Shown here: positions 1-9,315 of the stretch, piece after piece
Layout: each line of letters begins with the position of its first letter
How positions within the stretch are numbered: the first letter of the stretch is position 1
Origin: a virus
Lineage: Duplodnaviria; Caudoviricetes
Length of the DNA stretch: 64,000 bases
Direction: 5' to 3' (one strand)
Virus record (IMG/VR): IMGVR_UViG_3300037067_015585
Span: 32,001 to 96,000 of that record
The notes under the pieces: model-generated
The model's database searches: none
Seen by the model: only the letters and a program-made list of their open reading frames with translations
Told to the model about the DNA's origin: nothing
Made by a program: the position numbers and the translations under genes

Positions 1-324
1 GTGATTGGCGCATAGCCTTGAGATTGCTGATGTCGATCTCCCAACTGACAGCGCAATCTCTGAAAGAGATTTACCCGATCCGCGTAAATCTGAAATCGCT
101 TTTAAAATATCAGGTTTATCTAAATCTGACTTTACACCGATGTGCCCAGCATCAGAAGCAGATCTCGATAAACCAAGAATATTACAAAGCTTCATTATTG
201 TCCGTCTTGACACGCCAAATTTTTCGGCTATCTCTTGCTGAGTGGCACCGTTATTAAATAAATATCTAACTTCTACTTTATCAGAATCAGAGAATCGATC
301 GGTAACTGGAATTGGTGATGGCAT
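1..324 (-). CDS. Tandem helix-turn-helix protein, runs off the window edge (possibly the N-terminus of a homing endonuclease or a regulator)
   Basis: Not in the ORF track. My translation from ATG at 324 gives MPSPIPVTDRF...GATQQEIAEKFGVSRRTIMKLC...GKSLSEIALSVGRSTSAISRLC, i.e. two HTH motifs, open to position 1. Confidence 0.75.
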   Translation of the reverse strand, partial: MPSPIPVTDRFSDSDKVEVRYLFNNGATQQEIAEKFGVSRRTIMKLCNILGLSRSASDAGHIGVKSDLDKPDILKAISDLRGSGKSLSEIALSVGRSTSAISRLCANH

Positions 325-376
325 TATGACTTGGATAAATATTGATTTTCACACATTAAATACGTGTCATAATTTC

Positions 377-405
377 ATTATATCATAGCCAAGTCGATGT
401 GTCAA
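377..405 (-). promoter_or_regulatory. Consensus sigma70 promoter for the HTH gene
   Basis: Minus strand reads TTGACA-17 nt-TATAAT exactly. Confidence 0.85.
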
Positions 406-412
406 TATCTAT

Positions 413-449
413 AAAAAGAGCCGGGTGGGATTTCTCCAACCCGGCTCTA
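413..449 (-). terminator. Rho-independent terminator after the major capsid gene
   Basis: Minus strand AGAGCCGGGTTGGA-GAAA-TCCCACCCGGCTCT followed by a T run. Confidence 0.85.
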
Positions 450-481
450 GATTTTCGTTTTCACAATATTATGACAAACTA

Positions 482-2080
482 TTAGAGGTTTGTCACAGAT
501 ATCGTACCGTAATAGAGGCCACCATCCTCGATCAGTTTCTTTCCATAACGTGTCATAATCCCCTTGGTGGGGGTGTGGCTGTTCGGATCGAGAACTGTTG
601 GAGTGCTCAGCAGTGGGATGTACGGAGCGTAGAAGTAACCAGCATCCAGAACGCTCGAACCCTTGAAGCCCAAGAGGATCTTGCAGTTCGGGAAGAGTGG
701 GTCCTTGTACAACCGCAACTTGCCCTGGATCGTACCAGCGTTCATGATTCCGATGTCCACACCCTCTTGTACGAAGGCGTCTGACGAACGGAAGTCATTC
801 AGCTGTTCGAACTTGGAGCTGATATCAGCGGAGGTCACCATCCAGTTGGCAGGACCACGCAAGGTGGTTCTGTGGATGATATTGGCAACTTCGAGCACCT
901 TGTAGAGCAAGGCGATATTACGGTCTGTGAAGTTGACTGAAGCACCGGCTGCGGTGGCGAAGTTATGAGTCGCACGAATAGCGGCAGCGATAATCAAGTC
1001 GTTGATGATTTCGCGGTCGATTTCGGCGACCATTTCATCGGCCATGAGGTCCGTCAATGTGCTCTCGGCGTCAATGTTGTGCACTGACTTGAGATCTTGA
1101 GCGGCTTCCAACGACCACGAGGTCTTGAGCTTACGAGTAACAGCCGCAACGCTATCACTGTCGATGCTCAACGTGACTTCTGGTTGGAAAGGATTCGCTT
1201 CGAGGTCGTACTCGTAGTTAACGCGAGCAACGGCGTCGGCTGGAAGAGGACTGCCGGACAACGTAACCTTGGCAACACCGGTCGTATGATCGAACGACGT
1301 AGCGCCTGGGGTGATGTCAACATTCAATTCACCCATCGTACCACTGCAATCGCCCTTGACCACGACGTCTGGCGCACCGTTCGCGTCGAAACTGACGCGG
1401 AGGCAAGGAATCGGGTTGTCGCAATTCGGGCCAGCGGCGGCGAGATTGTCGTAAACTTCGACCACAACCGTACCAGCCAAAACTGGACGATGGGCCAAGG
1501 TCTGTGTAACAACCATGTTGCCTGGCTGAATCGTGGCGTCCTCACCGTGCACTTCTTGCGAAGAGTAGTAAGGATCGAGTGCCCATCCGTTTTGCTTCGC
1601 ATAAGCCTGCGAAGTGTTCTGACGCATGATCTGGGTACCAGCGATTGTCTGGCCCTTGGTCATGGCGTACTTGTAGCGGATGTAGAAAATCAATGAAGCC
1701 GGTTGGCTCATTGGCTGAACGCCGACCAAATTGTCAGCGATCAACTTGGGGAAGCTCTTGCGGAGCAAAGGCAACGCAAAGCGGGTAAAGTCCGCGATGT
1801 TGCCGGTGGTCGTCTGATCTTCCAAGATCATCGAACGACCGGTCGGGTTCATGTGCTTGTACTGGTTCTCGAACAAAGCCGACATCAAGCCCATCTTTTG
1901 GGGCCGAATTTCGCGGCATTTGTTGAGGACCGGAGCCCAACGCTTCACTGTCGGGTTCTTGGTCGATTCGTACAAGACAGTTGCTTGGTGCGGATCGGCT
2001 GTTTCGGTAATCATCTGGCGACGATTACGTGATTCGACCAGATGGCGAGCCTGCGGCTTGTTTTGTCTAGTAGCCAACAT
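482..2080 (-). CDS. Major capsid protein, T4 gp23-like
   Basis: Motifs VGVQPMSQP, TRKLKTSWSLEAAQDL, EIDREII, GYFYAPYIPL, PTKGIMTRYG. Confidence 0.95.
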   Translation of the reverse strand: MLATRQNKPQARHLVESRNRRQMITETADPHQATVLYESTKNPTVKRWAPVLNKCREIRPQKMGLMSALFENQYKHMNPTGRSMILEDQTTTGNIADFTRFALPLLRKSFPKLIADNLVGVQPMSQPASLIFYIRYKYAMTKGQTIAGTQIMRQNTSQAYAKQNGWALDPYYSSQEVHGEDATIQPGNMVVTQTLAHRPVLAGTVVVEVYDNLAAAGPNCDNPIPCLRVSFDANGAPDVVVKGDCSGTMGELNVDITPGATSFDHTTGVAKVTLSGSPLPADAVARVNYEYDLEANPFQPEVTLSIDSDSVAAVTRKLKTSWSLEAAQDLKSVHNIDAESTLTDLMADEMVAEIDREIINDLIIAAAIRATHNFATAAGASVNFTDRNIALLYKVLEVANIIHRTTLRGPANWMVTSADISSKFEQLNDFRSSDAFVQEGVDIGIMNAGTIQGKLRLYKDPLFPNCKILLGFKGSSVLDAGYFYAPYIPLLSTPTVLDPNSHTPTKGIMTRYGKKLIEDGGLYYGTISVTNL

Positions 2081-2157
2081 AGGGAAATGTCCTTGTTAGT
2101 GTGTTGCTTGCTTCAAAGATACTAGCCACGTGGCTATGTATCAGAAGATCGAATTGT

Positions 2158-2838
2158 TCAGATAACCTCGTCCATGGCGGCTGCCACTTCAGCTGGGCTG
2201 CGTGGAGGCTGCATGGTTCCGACTGGTGCCACACGCTTAACCACAGTAGTCGTTTCAACGTTCTCTTTGAGAGTTCGCTGAGTTGTCCGACGTGGTGCGG
2301 AGTTGCGTGATTCATCAATTCTGCCAGTTTTCGGCGTGTCTCGGTTTTCACTCAAAGATTGCTCCAAAACGCGGTTGCGTTTGAGAACTCGCTCTGAAAT
2401 GCTGACACAACGCTTCGCCTTGGCAACTGCGCCGTTGCGCTCTTCTACGAGATGCTCTGCAAGCTTTCTGAACTTGTCGATTTCAGCCTTAAGTTCACTG
2501 TTAGACTGGCCATCAAGCTCAATGCCCTCTAAGAGAGCATAGATTTTTTCGAGCTTGGCAACAGCTTCAGTTTCCTTATTAGCAGACTGCCGGGTTATGA
2601 GCTCTTCGATAGTAGAGTTCTTAGCTTCTAAGAAGATTTGGAGCCGTCTAGAAAGTTCAGCCTTATGGGCCTCAACCTCTTCAAAGCACACCTTCTTTGC
2701 TTTCGCAAGGCGTGTTTGAAATTCTGTGTCCGACTGCTCTTTCAGCGTATTTGCGTGGTTGTCGATAGCTCCGCATAATTCGGCGGAAGTTTCAGGTGAC
2801 AAACCACATTTTTGCAATAGCTGCTTAATTTTGTCCAT
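2158..2838 (-). CDS. Prohead scaffolding/core protein, gp22-like
   Basis: Charged coiled-coil protein directly upstream of the capsid gene, with L-x-E motifs and an AGGAG RBS. Confidence 0.65.
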   Translation of the reverse strand: MDKIKQLLQKCGLSPETSAELCGAIDNHANTLKEQSDTEFQTRLAKAKKVCFEEVEAHKAELSRRLQIFLEAKNSTIEELITRQSANKETEAVAKLEKIYALLEGIELDGQSNSELKAEIDKFRKLAEHLVEERNGAVAKAKRCVSISERVLKRNRVLEQSLSENRDTPKTGRIDESRNSAPRRTTQRTLKENVETTTVVKRVAPVGTMQPPRSPAEVAAAMDEVI

Positions 2839-2910
2839 CTTAGGATCAGCTCCTGTAGTTATTTAGGTCTTTCACTCCCAGACCTCTGATATTATTTTTG
2901 CTCAGTAATG

Positions 2911-3174
2911 CTATTCTTGTTCTATCTCATCAGTATTTCCTAGAAATAACCAATGGGTAGGACACTTACACCAAGGGCACGGTCCAGATGCTTCTTGTGG
3001 TTCTTTATCACCCTTTACAATGCATCCTCCGTTCTCGACACCGCATTCTGGATTAGTGCATTTTCTGGTCCAGATATTACCCTCAGCAAATCCGACACTC
3101 ATCGATCCAGTACTATGGCATTTCTCGCAATTTGCGTTCTTGCCACCAAGACAAAATGGACATTTAGCTTTCAT
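2911..3174 (-). CDS. Small Cys-rich zinc-finger protein
   Basis: CPFC, CEKC, CTNPEC, CPWC motifs. Confidence 0.6.
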   Translation of the reverse strand: MKAKCPFCLGGKNANCEKCHSTGSMSVGFAEGNIWTRKCTNPECGVENGGCIVKGDKEPQEASGPCPWCKCPTHWLFLGNTDEIEQE

Positions 3175-3249
3175 ATTATTATTTACGTTTAGGTTTTGTA
3201 GTTCTTCTCTGTATTAAGTTTGTTGAAATATACGAAGGAGGAGACAGCT

Positions 3250-3477
3250 ATGGCAGATACACCTTGTGCACATCTAGACGAGCTATTGAAATGTGAAGTT
3301 GATATTATAAAGAGGCATCTAGAAAGACATAAATGGTATAATGCTATTCCAGATGAGGCTGAGGGAATATCAGACTTTATAAAAAGATATGGATGGCTAA
3401 TGCGAGAACTATATTGCGGTTATGCGTGCCCAGACAGAAATAATTGCAATCTAGGCATCAAAGTGAACATTAGCTAG
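3250..3477 (+). CDS. Hypothetical protein
   Basis: Strong RBS AAGGAGGAG before ATG 3250 (MADTPCAHL...). Confidence 0.7.
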   Translation: MADTPCAHLDELLKCEVDIIKRHLERHKWYNAIPDEAEGISDFIKRYGWLMRELYCGYACPDRNNCNLGIKVNIS

Positions 3478-3853
3478 GTGGTGGTGTATATTGCCCACCG
3501 CCACCAGGACCAAGTGTGATATTGGTGTTCGATATCATTCGCAAAGCCGCCATCAAAACGCTAGTGGCCGTCACGCCAGTCCCAGCACCAATAATTGTAG
3601 TGCCACCACTATATATGCCATAACCAATTAAACCAACACCAACAAATAACATGCTCAATCCGACAATCATAGTGCGACTCTTGTACCAAGCCTTGCTACC
3701 GCGCATTTCTATGACGCCATCAGCAAATCCTTTTGCCCATTCTTTACGCTGTTTTGGATCTGTGTAGGCACACTGTTTATGCAATTCGACGGCCTGCCAA
3801 CCTTCCCAATATTCGACAGATTTAGTTCTATCATTCTTCAGAAATGCGAGCAT
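3470..3853 (-). CDS. Membrane protein: Rmf-like N-terminal motif plus holin-like two-TM C-terminus
   Basis: AAGGAG RBS before ATG 3853. EGWQA...CAY...QRKEWAKGFADG, then KAWYKSRT and two hydrophobic helices. Confidence 0.55.
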   Translation of the reverse strand: MLAFLKNDRTKSVEYWEGWQAVELHKQCAYTDPKQRKEWAKGFADGVIEMRGSKAWYKSRTMIVGLSMLFVGVGLIGYGIYSGGTTIIGAGTGVTATSVLMAALRMISNTNITLGPGGGGQYTPPPS

Positions 3854-3863
3854 TTTGGGCTCC

Positions 3864-4301
3864 TTATCGGAATAGCTTCTTACGAACCCTATATGTTTGG
3901 TATTTCTGTGTCGGTTGTTCACTCTTAACATCGACCGCAACATTATCTGTTTTAACAGTCACATCAATAGATTTCTTTGGACAATTACCATTAACACATG
4001 GGCATGGCTGTTCATCAGTAGAATCGTCCGGATCAGCCTTAGGTGCAACTGGGTTTGCGGCTGTTGGTGTATATTGTATCTTAGAGCAAACGTCATCATC
4101 TGGAACAGGTGGTGCTGGAATATCACTGCCTGGTCTTGGATGGATATGGATTGGACCTATATCGATATCTGCAGTCGGTTTAACTGGTATAGCTGGAGTA
4201 ACCGGAGCAACCGAAGTATCAATACTGGCTTCACATTTAAAAATTAACCAAAGGCCGAGTAACAAAAGAGCACAGCCGATTACTGGCAATGACTTCTTCA
4301 T
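3864..4301 (-). CDS. Secreted or membrane-anchored Pro-rich protein
   Basis: N-terminal signal/TM MKKSLPVIGCALLLLGLWLIF. Confidence 0.6.
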   Translation of the reverse strand: MKKSLPVIGCALLLLGLWLIFKCEASIDTSVAPVTPAIPVKPTADIDIGPIHIHPRPGSDIPAPPVPDDDVCSKIQYTPTAANPVAPKADPDDSTDEQPCPCVNGNCPKKSIDVTVKTDNVAVDVKSEQPTQKYQTYRVRKKLFR

Positions 4302-4312
4302 TTCTAGACTCC

Positions 4313-4570
4313 TCAGATTGGAACTTCACGCACCTCACGCAAAGGATATTTGTCTGGAAACCACTCAGCTTGACCACACCCATTATCTGTACTAACTTGG
4401 CTAGATTCTTTTGAAGTATCAGTATTAAAGTAAACGCACACATGATGATGCTGATACTTATTGTCTACCAACTTAACAATCCCAGTACCAATCATATTGC
4501 CATTACCACATTTGCAAAGTATATTATGATATAGTACTTTAACTTCGCAAGTCCTAATGCGTGCTTTCAT
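4313..4570 (-). CDS. Small Zn-ribbon-like hypothetical protein
   Basis: CKCGNG...HHHVC...GCG...YP; ATGA overlap with the fcl stop. Confidence 0.55.
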   Translation of the reverse strand: MKARIRTCEVKVLYHNILCKCGNGNMIGTGIVKLVDNKYQHHHVCVYFNTDTSKESSQVSTDNGCGQAEWFPDKYPLREVREVPI

Positions 4571-5508
4571 TTGTTGTCATTCCACCACTTAATGGTCTTT
4601 TTTAGCCCTTTATCGAATGACGTTTCTGCCACAAAACCAAACTCATTTAAAGCCCTACTGACGTCAAGGCATCTCCTTGGCTGCCCGTCCGGTTTATTAA
4701 GATCATAATAAATTGTGCCCTTAAATCCTATTATTTTAGCTATCTTATTAGCCAACTCAGAAATTGTTATTTCAAATCCAGCACCAACATTTACTGGCTC
4801 TGGATTGTCGTAATCTCTAGTCGCCATAACAATTGCCCTAGCGCAATCTTCTACATATAAAAATTCACGACTAGCGTTTCCACTACCCCACACAATGACA
4901 TCGTGTTCTTTTTTGTCTTTTGCTTCTTGGAATTTTCGTATTAGTGCTGGCATCACGTGCGAACTTTCTGGATTGAAGTTGTCGCCCGGTCCGTACAAGT
5001 TTACTGGTAATAGGCAAATACCATTCATACCATATTGCTGCCGGTATGCTTGTAACATTACAAGCAACGCTTTCTTTGCAATCCCATACGGTGCGTTCGT
5101 TGGTTCTGGATAACCGTCCCATAGTTTCTCCTCACAAAATGGAACTGGAGTATTACAAGGATATGAACAAATCGTTCCAACTTGAACAAACTTTTTAACC
5201 CTGTTATGACGTGCGTGCTCTATTAAATGCACACCCATTATAATATTATCGTAAAAGAACTTTCCTGGGTTCTCTCGATTAGCACCAATACCACCAACAG
5301 AAGCAGCCAGATGGATAACAATATCTGGTTTAGCATCTTTATACATTCTAATAACATTAGTTTCGCATGTCAAATTGTAGTCTTTGCTACGCGGAACAAA
5401 TATGTTTTCATCTTTCGCGCCAACTAGTTTTAATTTGTCGATCACATAGCGACCAACAAAACCAGCACCACCAGTTACAACTATTTTGTCGTTTTTTAAG
5501 TCGATCAT
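4567..5508 (-). CDS. fcl: GDP-L-fucose synthase
   Basis: [34 protein letters not shown]...SHV, PDGQPRR. Confidence 0.95.
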   Translation of the reverse strand: MIDLKNDKIVVTGGAGFVGRYVIDKLKLVGAKDENIFVPRSKDYNLTCETNVIRMYKDAKPDIVIHLAASVGGIGANRENPGKFFYDNIIMGVHLIEHARHNRVKKFVQVGTICSYPCNTPVPFCEEKLWDGYPEPTNAPYGIAKKALLVMLQAYRQQYGMNGICLLPVNLYGPGDNFNPESSHVMPALIRKFQEAKDKKEHDVIVWGSGNASREFLYVEDCARAIVMATRDYDNPEPVNVGAGFEITISELANKIAKIIGFKGTIYYDLNKPDGQPRRCLDVSRALNEFGFVAETSFDKGLKKTIKWWNDNK

Positions 5509-6503
5509 TTTTGTAAAAACTCTTCCACCTTTGCATGCTTCATGTCGTTGTCAATCATAATTTTAACAAGCTGTTCAAAAGTAATTTTCGGTGCCCATCC
5601 AAGCGTCTCTCTAGCTTTTGAAGAATCACCCAATAATAAATCGACTTCTGTTGGGCGGAAATATTTTGGATCTATTTCAACGTATTTGTGCCAGTCTAAA
5701 TCTAACGATGAAAATGCTACTTCAACAAATTCTTTAACAGATCTTGTTCTACCAGATGAAATAATATAGTCATCTGGTTTATTGTGTTGAAGCATTAACC
5801 ACATCGCCTCAACATAGTCACCAGCATAGCCCCAATCACGCTGAGCATCCAAATTACCTAAAAACAGCTTATCTTGCAATCCAAGTTTAATTCGTGTAGC
5901 TGCACGCGTTATTTTTCTTGTTACAAATGTCTCGCCGCGCCTAGGACCAGTATGATTGAATAATATCCCATTGCAAGCGAACATATTATACGCTTCACGA
6001 TAATTTACTGTTTGCCAATAACCAAATAATTTAGAGCATCCATATGGACTACGTGGATAAAATGGTGTAGATTCTGTTTGTGGTGTCTCAACGACTTTCC
6101 CAAACATCTCACTACTAGAAGCTTGATAGAATTTTATATCACTTTTTATAGATCGTATTGCCTCTAATAGTTGTATGGTACCAATAGCAATCGATTGCGC
6201 TGTATAGACTGGTATATCGAAACTGACACGGACATGAGACATTGCTGCAAGATTGTAAACCTCATCCGGCATCACATCTTTTATTATAGAGGTGAGCGAT
6301 AAGCTATCAGTCATATCACCATAATGCAGAAATAATCGCACATCTTTATTGTGCGGATCTTGATATATAGGCTCAATGCGTTCAGTATTAAAGCTACTAG
6401 ATCGGCGTATTATGCCATGAACTTCATAATCTTTAGATAATAACAGATCGCATAAATGCGACCCGTCTTGGCCTGTTACTCCCGTTATGAGTGCTTTCTT
6501 CAT
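5505..6503 (-). CDS. gmd: GDP-mannose 4,6-dehydratase
   Basis: [48 protein letters not shown]. Confidence 0.97.
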   Translation of the reverse strand: MKKALITGVTGQDGSHLCDLLLSKDYEVHGIIRRSSSFNTERIEPIYQDPHNKDVRLFLHYGDMTDSLSLTSIIKDVMPDEVYNLAAMSHVRVSFDIPVYTAQSIAIGTIQLLEAIRSIKSDIKFYQASSSEMFGKVVETPQTESTPFYPRSPYGCSKLFGYWQTVNYREAYNMFACNGILFNHTGPRRGETFVTRKITRAATRIKLGLQDKLFLGNLDAQRDWGYAGDYVEAMWLMLQHNKPDDYIISSGRTRSVKEFVEVAFSSLDLDWHKYVEIDPKYFRPTEVDLLLGDSSKARETLGWAPKITFEQLVKIMIDNDMKHAKVEEFLQK

Positions 6504-6504
6504 G

Positions 6505-7269
6505 CTAACCAGCTAAAGTCATGCTGCGTAACACGAATGACCCCATTGAAGGTATGGCCTTTGAACCAGATAGCCACACGTCGTTTCCTGGGCCATGAGA
6601 ATTTGGTGAATGAACTTCGATCTTGCCGTTATTCACACGTAGCATATCGAGCATAACTGCATGACTCCACCAGCTATATCCAACATAGCATGCCCAGCCC
6701 TGCAATAATGCTGTAACAGTTTCCGCCCAAACGTCCTTGCCACCAAGATCCCACCATTCAAGCGGAATGTAGTTCTGACGTTCATCCTTGTACTTCGGGT
6801 CCCATTGCGATTTATTGATTTTGTGCTGCGGAACCGTAGCTCTCGTGGCGATACCATTTGCTGCTGCATATTGTAATGCACCATCAAGACTGTATCCACT
6901 ATTTCTATATCCGACGCATTCAGCAAGCGACTCAGGCGACAATTGGATGAAGGGCTGTCCTTGAGTAGCACGTACGGTCATTGCTGTTTCACATAGGCTG
7001 TATGCCCAGCAAAAACCAAGACCATTCTGATAATCTGCATTCGGATCACTACTCCATCTCTGGCCAATAAATGAACCAGATGAAGTCATGGCACTGATTC
7101 TATTCTTCCATTCGCTTTCTGGAATGAGAGGAACATATTCAGCAAAAACTGCGGCACACGCTAGATCGCCAATCTGTGTCTCGCGTGGTAATGCGCCTGC
7201 AACAAACCCATTGCTTACACTCTCTGATACAACATCGTCAGCGTTATCGTCATCAATATATAAGCTCAT
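6505..7269 (-). CDS. Papain-like (C1-type) cysteine peptidase
   Basis: [11 protein letters not shown] (Gln/Cys), WSHAV (His), NSHG (Asn). Confidence 0.8.
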   Translation of the reverse strand: MSLYIDDDNADDVVSESVSNGFVAGALPRETQIGDLACAAVFAEYVPLIPESEWKNRISAMTSSGSFIGQRWSSDPNADYQNGLGFCWAYSLCETAMTVRATQGQPFIQLSPESLAECVGYRNSGYSLDGALQYAAANGIATRATVPQHKINKSQWDPKYKDERQNYIPLEWWDLGGKDVWAETVTALLQGWACYVGYSWWSHAVMLDMLRVNNGKIEVHSPNSHGPGNDVWLSGSKAIPSMGSFVLRSMTLAG

Positions 7270-7283
7270 TGTTTTTTAGCCTT

Positions 7284-7658
7284 TCACTTACCTATTGCTT
7301 TTTTGAGTGCATCCAATTTCATCGGGCATGGACCAACAGTTATTTTGTTGCCGTCCCATTGCAAGGCTAAAACTGGCAACTTCTGCTCCCCAACAGCATC
7401 TAAAAATGGCTTTGCTTCTGCTGAAGGTTTCTTCGCTTTTCCGAGTACATGCTGATCCCAAACAAGCACACCAAGTTTCTCGGCAGCTGCAAATAACTCG
7501 ACGTCTTCCTCTGGTAATGGTTTTGTCACATCCGTCTCACGAATTATGACTGCCTTAGTTGGCACGCCAGAGCCAAACGTCAGAAAACTTGGTTGTACAA
7601 TCAGCGCAATGCCAGCAAGCAGCATTATAGCTGCGACGATCGGTAATGCCTTCTTCAT
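7284..7658 (-). CDS. Membrane-anchored hypothetical protein
   Basis: N-terminal TM helix; translationally coupled in the operon. Confidence 0.65.
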   Translation of the reverse strand: MKKALPIVAAIMLLAGIALIVQPSFLTFGSGVPTKAVIIRETDVTKPLPEEDVELFAAAEKLGVLVWDQHVLGKAKKPSAEAKPFLDAVGEQKLPVLALQWDGNKITVGPCPMKLDALKKAIGK

Positions 7659-8062
7659 TGTACTGGTACCTCCACTACAGTACCGTCAACAGTTGCGATT
7701 TTCGCTGTTTTCGTAGTATCTGTTGTTTGTGCTACAGGCGTAGTTTGAGCAGTCTTCCAAATCGTAATCGCATCCTGCCAAAGAACATCTGCGATAATTT
7801 CGCAGGCTTTTGTAGCATCTGGTGATGCCGAGATTGCCAATACCTTACTTAACACTTCGACGTAGCCAAGGTTAGCAACTAACTTCGTCGTATCTAATGA
7901 AGAAGATATGGCAGTAGTTGCCGTCGTAGTTGTGGGTGTTGTCGCGGGTACTGTAGTTGATGTAGTTGTGGTTGTAGAAACCTTAAGCCACTTGTCCCAT
8001 ACGTAGTACAGCAACACTAATACTGATACTACTACAAACCCAATACCAATCTGTTGATACAT
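7655..8062 (-). CDS. Membrane-anchored Thr-rich protein
   Basis: N-terminal TM followed by a poly-Thr linker; GAGG RBS. Confidence 0.65.
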   Translation of the reverse strand: MYQQIGIGFVVVSVLVLLYYVWDKWLKVSTTTTTSTTVPATTPTTTTATTAISSSLDTTKLVANLGYVEVLSKVLAISASPDATKACEIIADVLWQDAITIWKTAQTTPVAQTTDTTKTAKIATVDGTVVEVPVQ

Positions 8063-8070
8063 GATAACCT

Positions 8071-8730
8071 CTATGGGTTAAATAAGTGATGGTGTTCGCT
8101 TTTCCAAACTCCGAGATTATTTTTCTTTGCTTCGTTCTCGAAAGTCTTCCAATCCTTTGGAGCATCAGGTGCCAATTTAGCCATACCCAATCTTACTTGC
8201 TCAGTGTTGAGGCATTGGCCAGATTGATTGTAAATCGTTCCAACAATTGGGTGTATTGATGACTCCAATGATTCTGTATTTACGCTATCGTCAGATGTTG
8301 CTGATTCCGACGACTGTGATTGCACATCTTTTATTAGTAGACCTTTGTATGGGATTCTTACAAGATTGCCTGCTAGATGTTCCAGCGATGCACGGCTATC
8401 TTCAGCAATTTTACCATCTGATGGCGCAACGATATGAGCTAAACTAATTGTCTTTGATCTTCTACCATGAATGCCATATGTATGTTCAAGACTAGCACCA
8501 GTTGTAGCCTTCGATACTGATATGTCTTCCCATCTTGTTGGTTTTGGTGGTCTTGTTCTGCTACATGCAAAATCGCGGCAAGATCCGCCATAGAATACCC
8601 ATCCACCAAATAAGAATATCGCTAGACATGCCCAGGCTTGCCATGGAACAACCTTTATGACAGCAGATATTGCACTACCAATAGTACTAAGGATTGCAGT
8701 GATTACAGCAAGCATGTTAGACCTCGCCAA
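8071..8730 (-). CDS. Membrane-anchored thermonuclease (SNase)-like protein, degenerate
   Basis: C-terminal LNTEQVRLGMA...ENEAKKNNLGVW is SNase-like; the catalytic DGDT and RLxGIDAPE motifs are not intact. Confidence 0.65.
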   Translation of the reverse strand: MARSNMLAVITAILSTIGSAISAVIKVVPWQAWACLAIFLFGGWVFYGGSCRDFACSRTRPPKPTRWEDISVSKATTGASLEHTYGIHGRRSKTISLAHIVAPSDGKIAEDSRASLEHLAGNLVRIPYKGLLIKDVQSQSSESATSDDSVNTESLESSIHPIVGTIYNQSGQCLNTEQVRLGMAKLAPDAPKDWKTFENEAKKNNLGVWKSEHHHLFNP

Positions 8731-8776
8731 TATTTACCACATGGCGGAAACTAACAATATCTTTGGCTGTGATTTA

Positions 8777-9280
8777 TCAAGAGAAAAGAGCTTTATTTAA
8801 TGCTTTACTAAAACGTGACTCGTTATATTCATCTCTACGCCGTTCATATTCGTAATCATTATCTGTGTCGTCTTCCTCAGGAAGATCTTCGTCATTTATC
8901 TCGTCTAATCTACTATCGAACATATCATGACTAGCTTTATCTGACAGATCAATCTCTGTCTTCTGGTTATTTGGGCCAAGAATACTTATGGTAACTGGCT
9001 CATTTAATGTGCGCTCGTCTTCGCCTTCTGGTGCATAGCTCTGTTCAATTGGGCCGCTTCGTACGCCTGGATCATAGTATCCGACTGATCTCCAGGTTAT
9101 AATTAACGAAACCGCATAATCTTCAGTACGTGGTATTTTTCTTTGGTCTAGCTCATTGCGAACAGTATCTGGTAATGGATTGTTGTCTATATCTAGCCAC
9201 CCACCATCTGGTGACCACATAATCTCAACTTCCGTAGTACCACTAACATCCCAATGATGCTTACTACTATACATAGACAA
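8777..9280 (-). CDS. Acidic hypothetical protein
   Basis: 167-aa ORF in the operon. Confidence 0.55.
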   Translation of the reverse strand: MSMYSSKHHWDVSGTTEVEIMWSPDGGWLDIDNNPLPDTVRNELDQRKIPRTEDYAVSLIITWRSVGYYDPGVRSGPIEQSYAPEGEDERTLNEPVTISILGPNNQKTEIDLSDKASHDMFDSRLDEINDEDLPEEDDTDNDYEYERRRDEYNESRFSKALNKALFS

Positions 9281-9315
9281 ACCTGACTTTCTCGCTCGTG
9301 TCTCGTCAAGTCCGT

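Noticed and set aside
425-2099. Several plus-strand ORFs (up to 199 aa) opposite the capsid gene
   Set aside because: Antisense shadows caused by biased codon use; no RBS or recognisable motifs.
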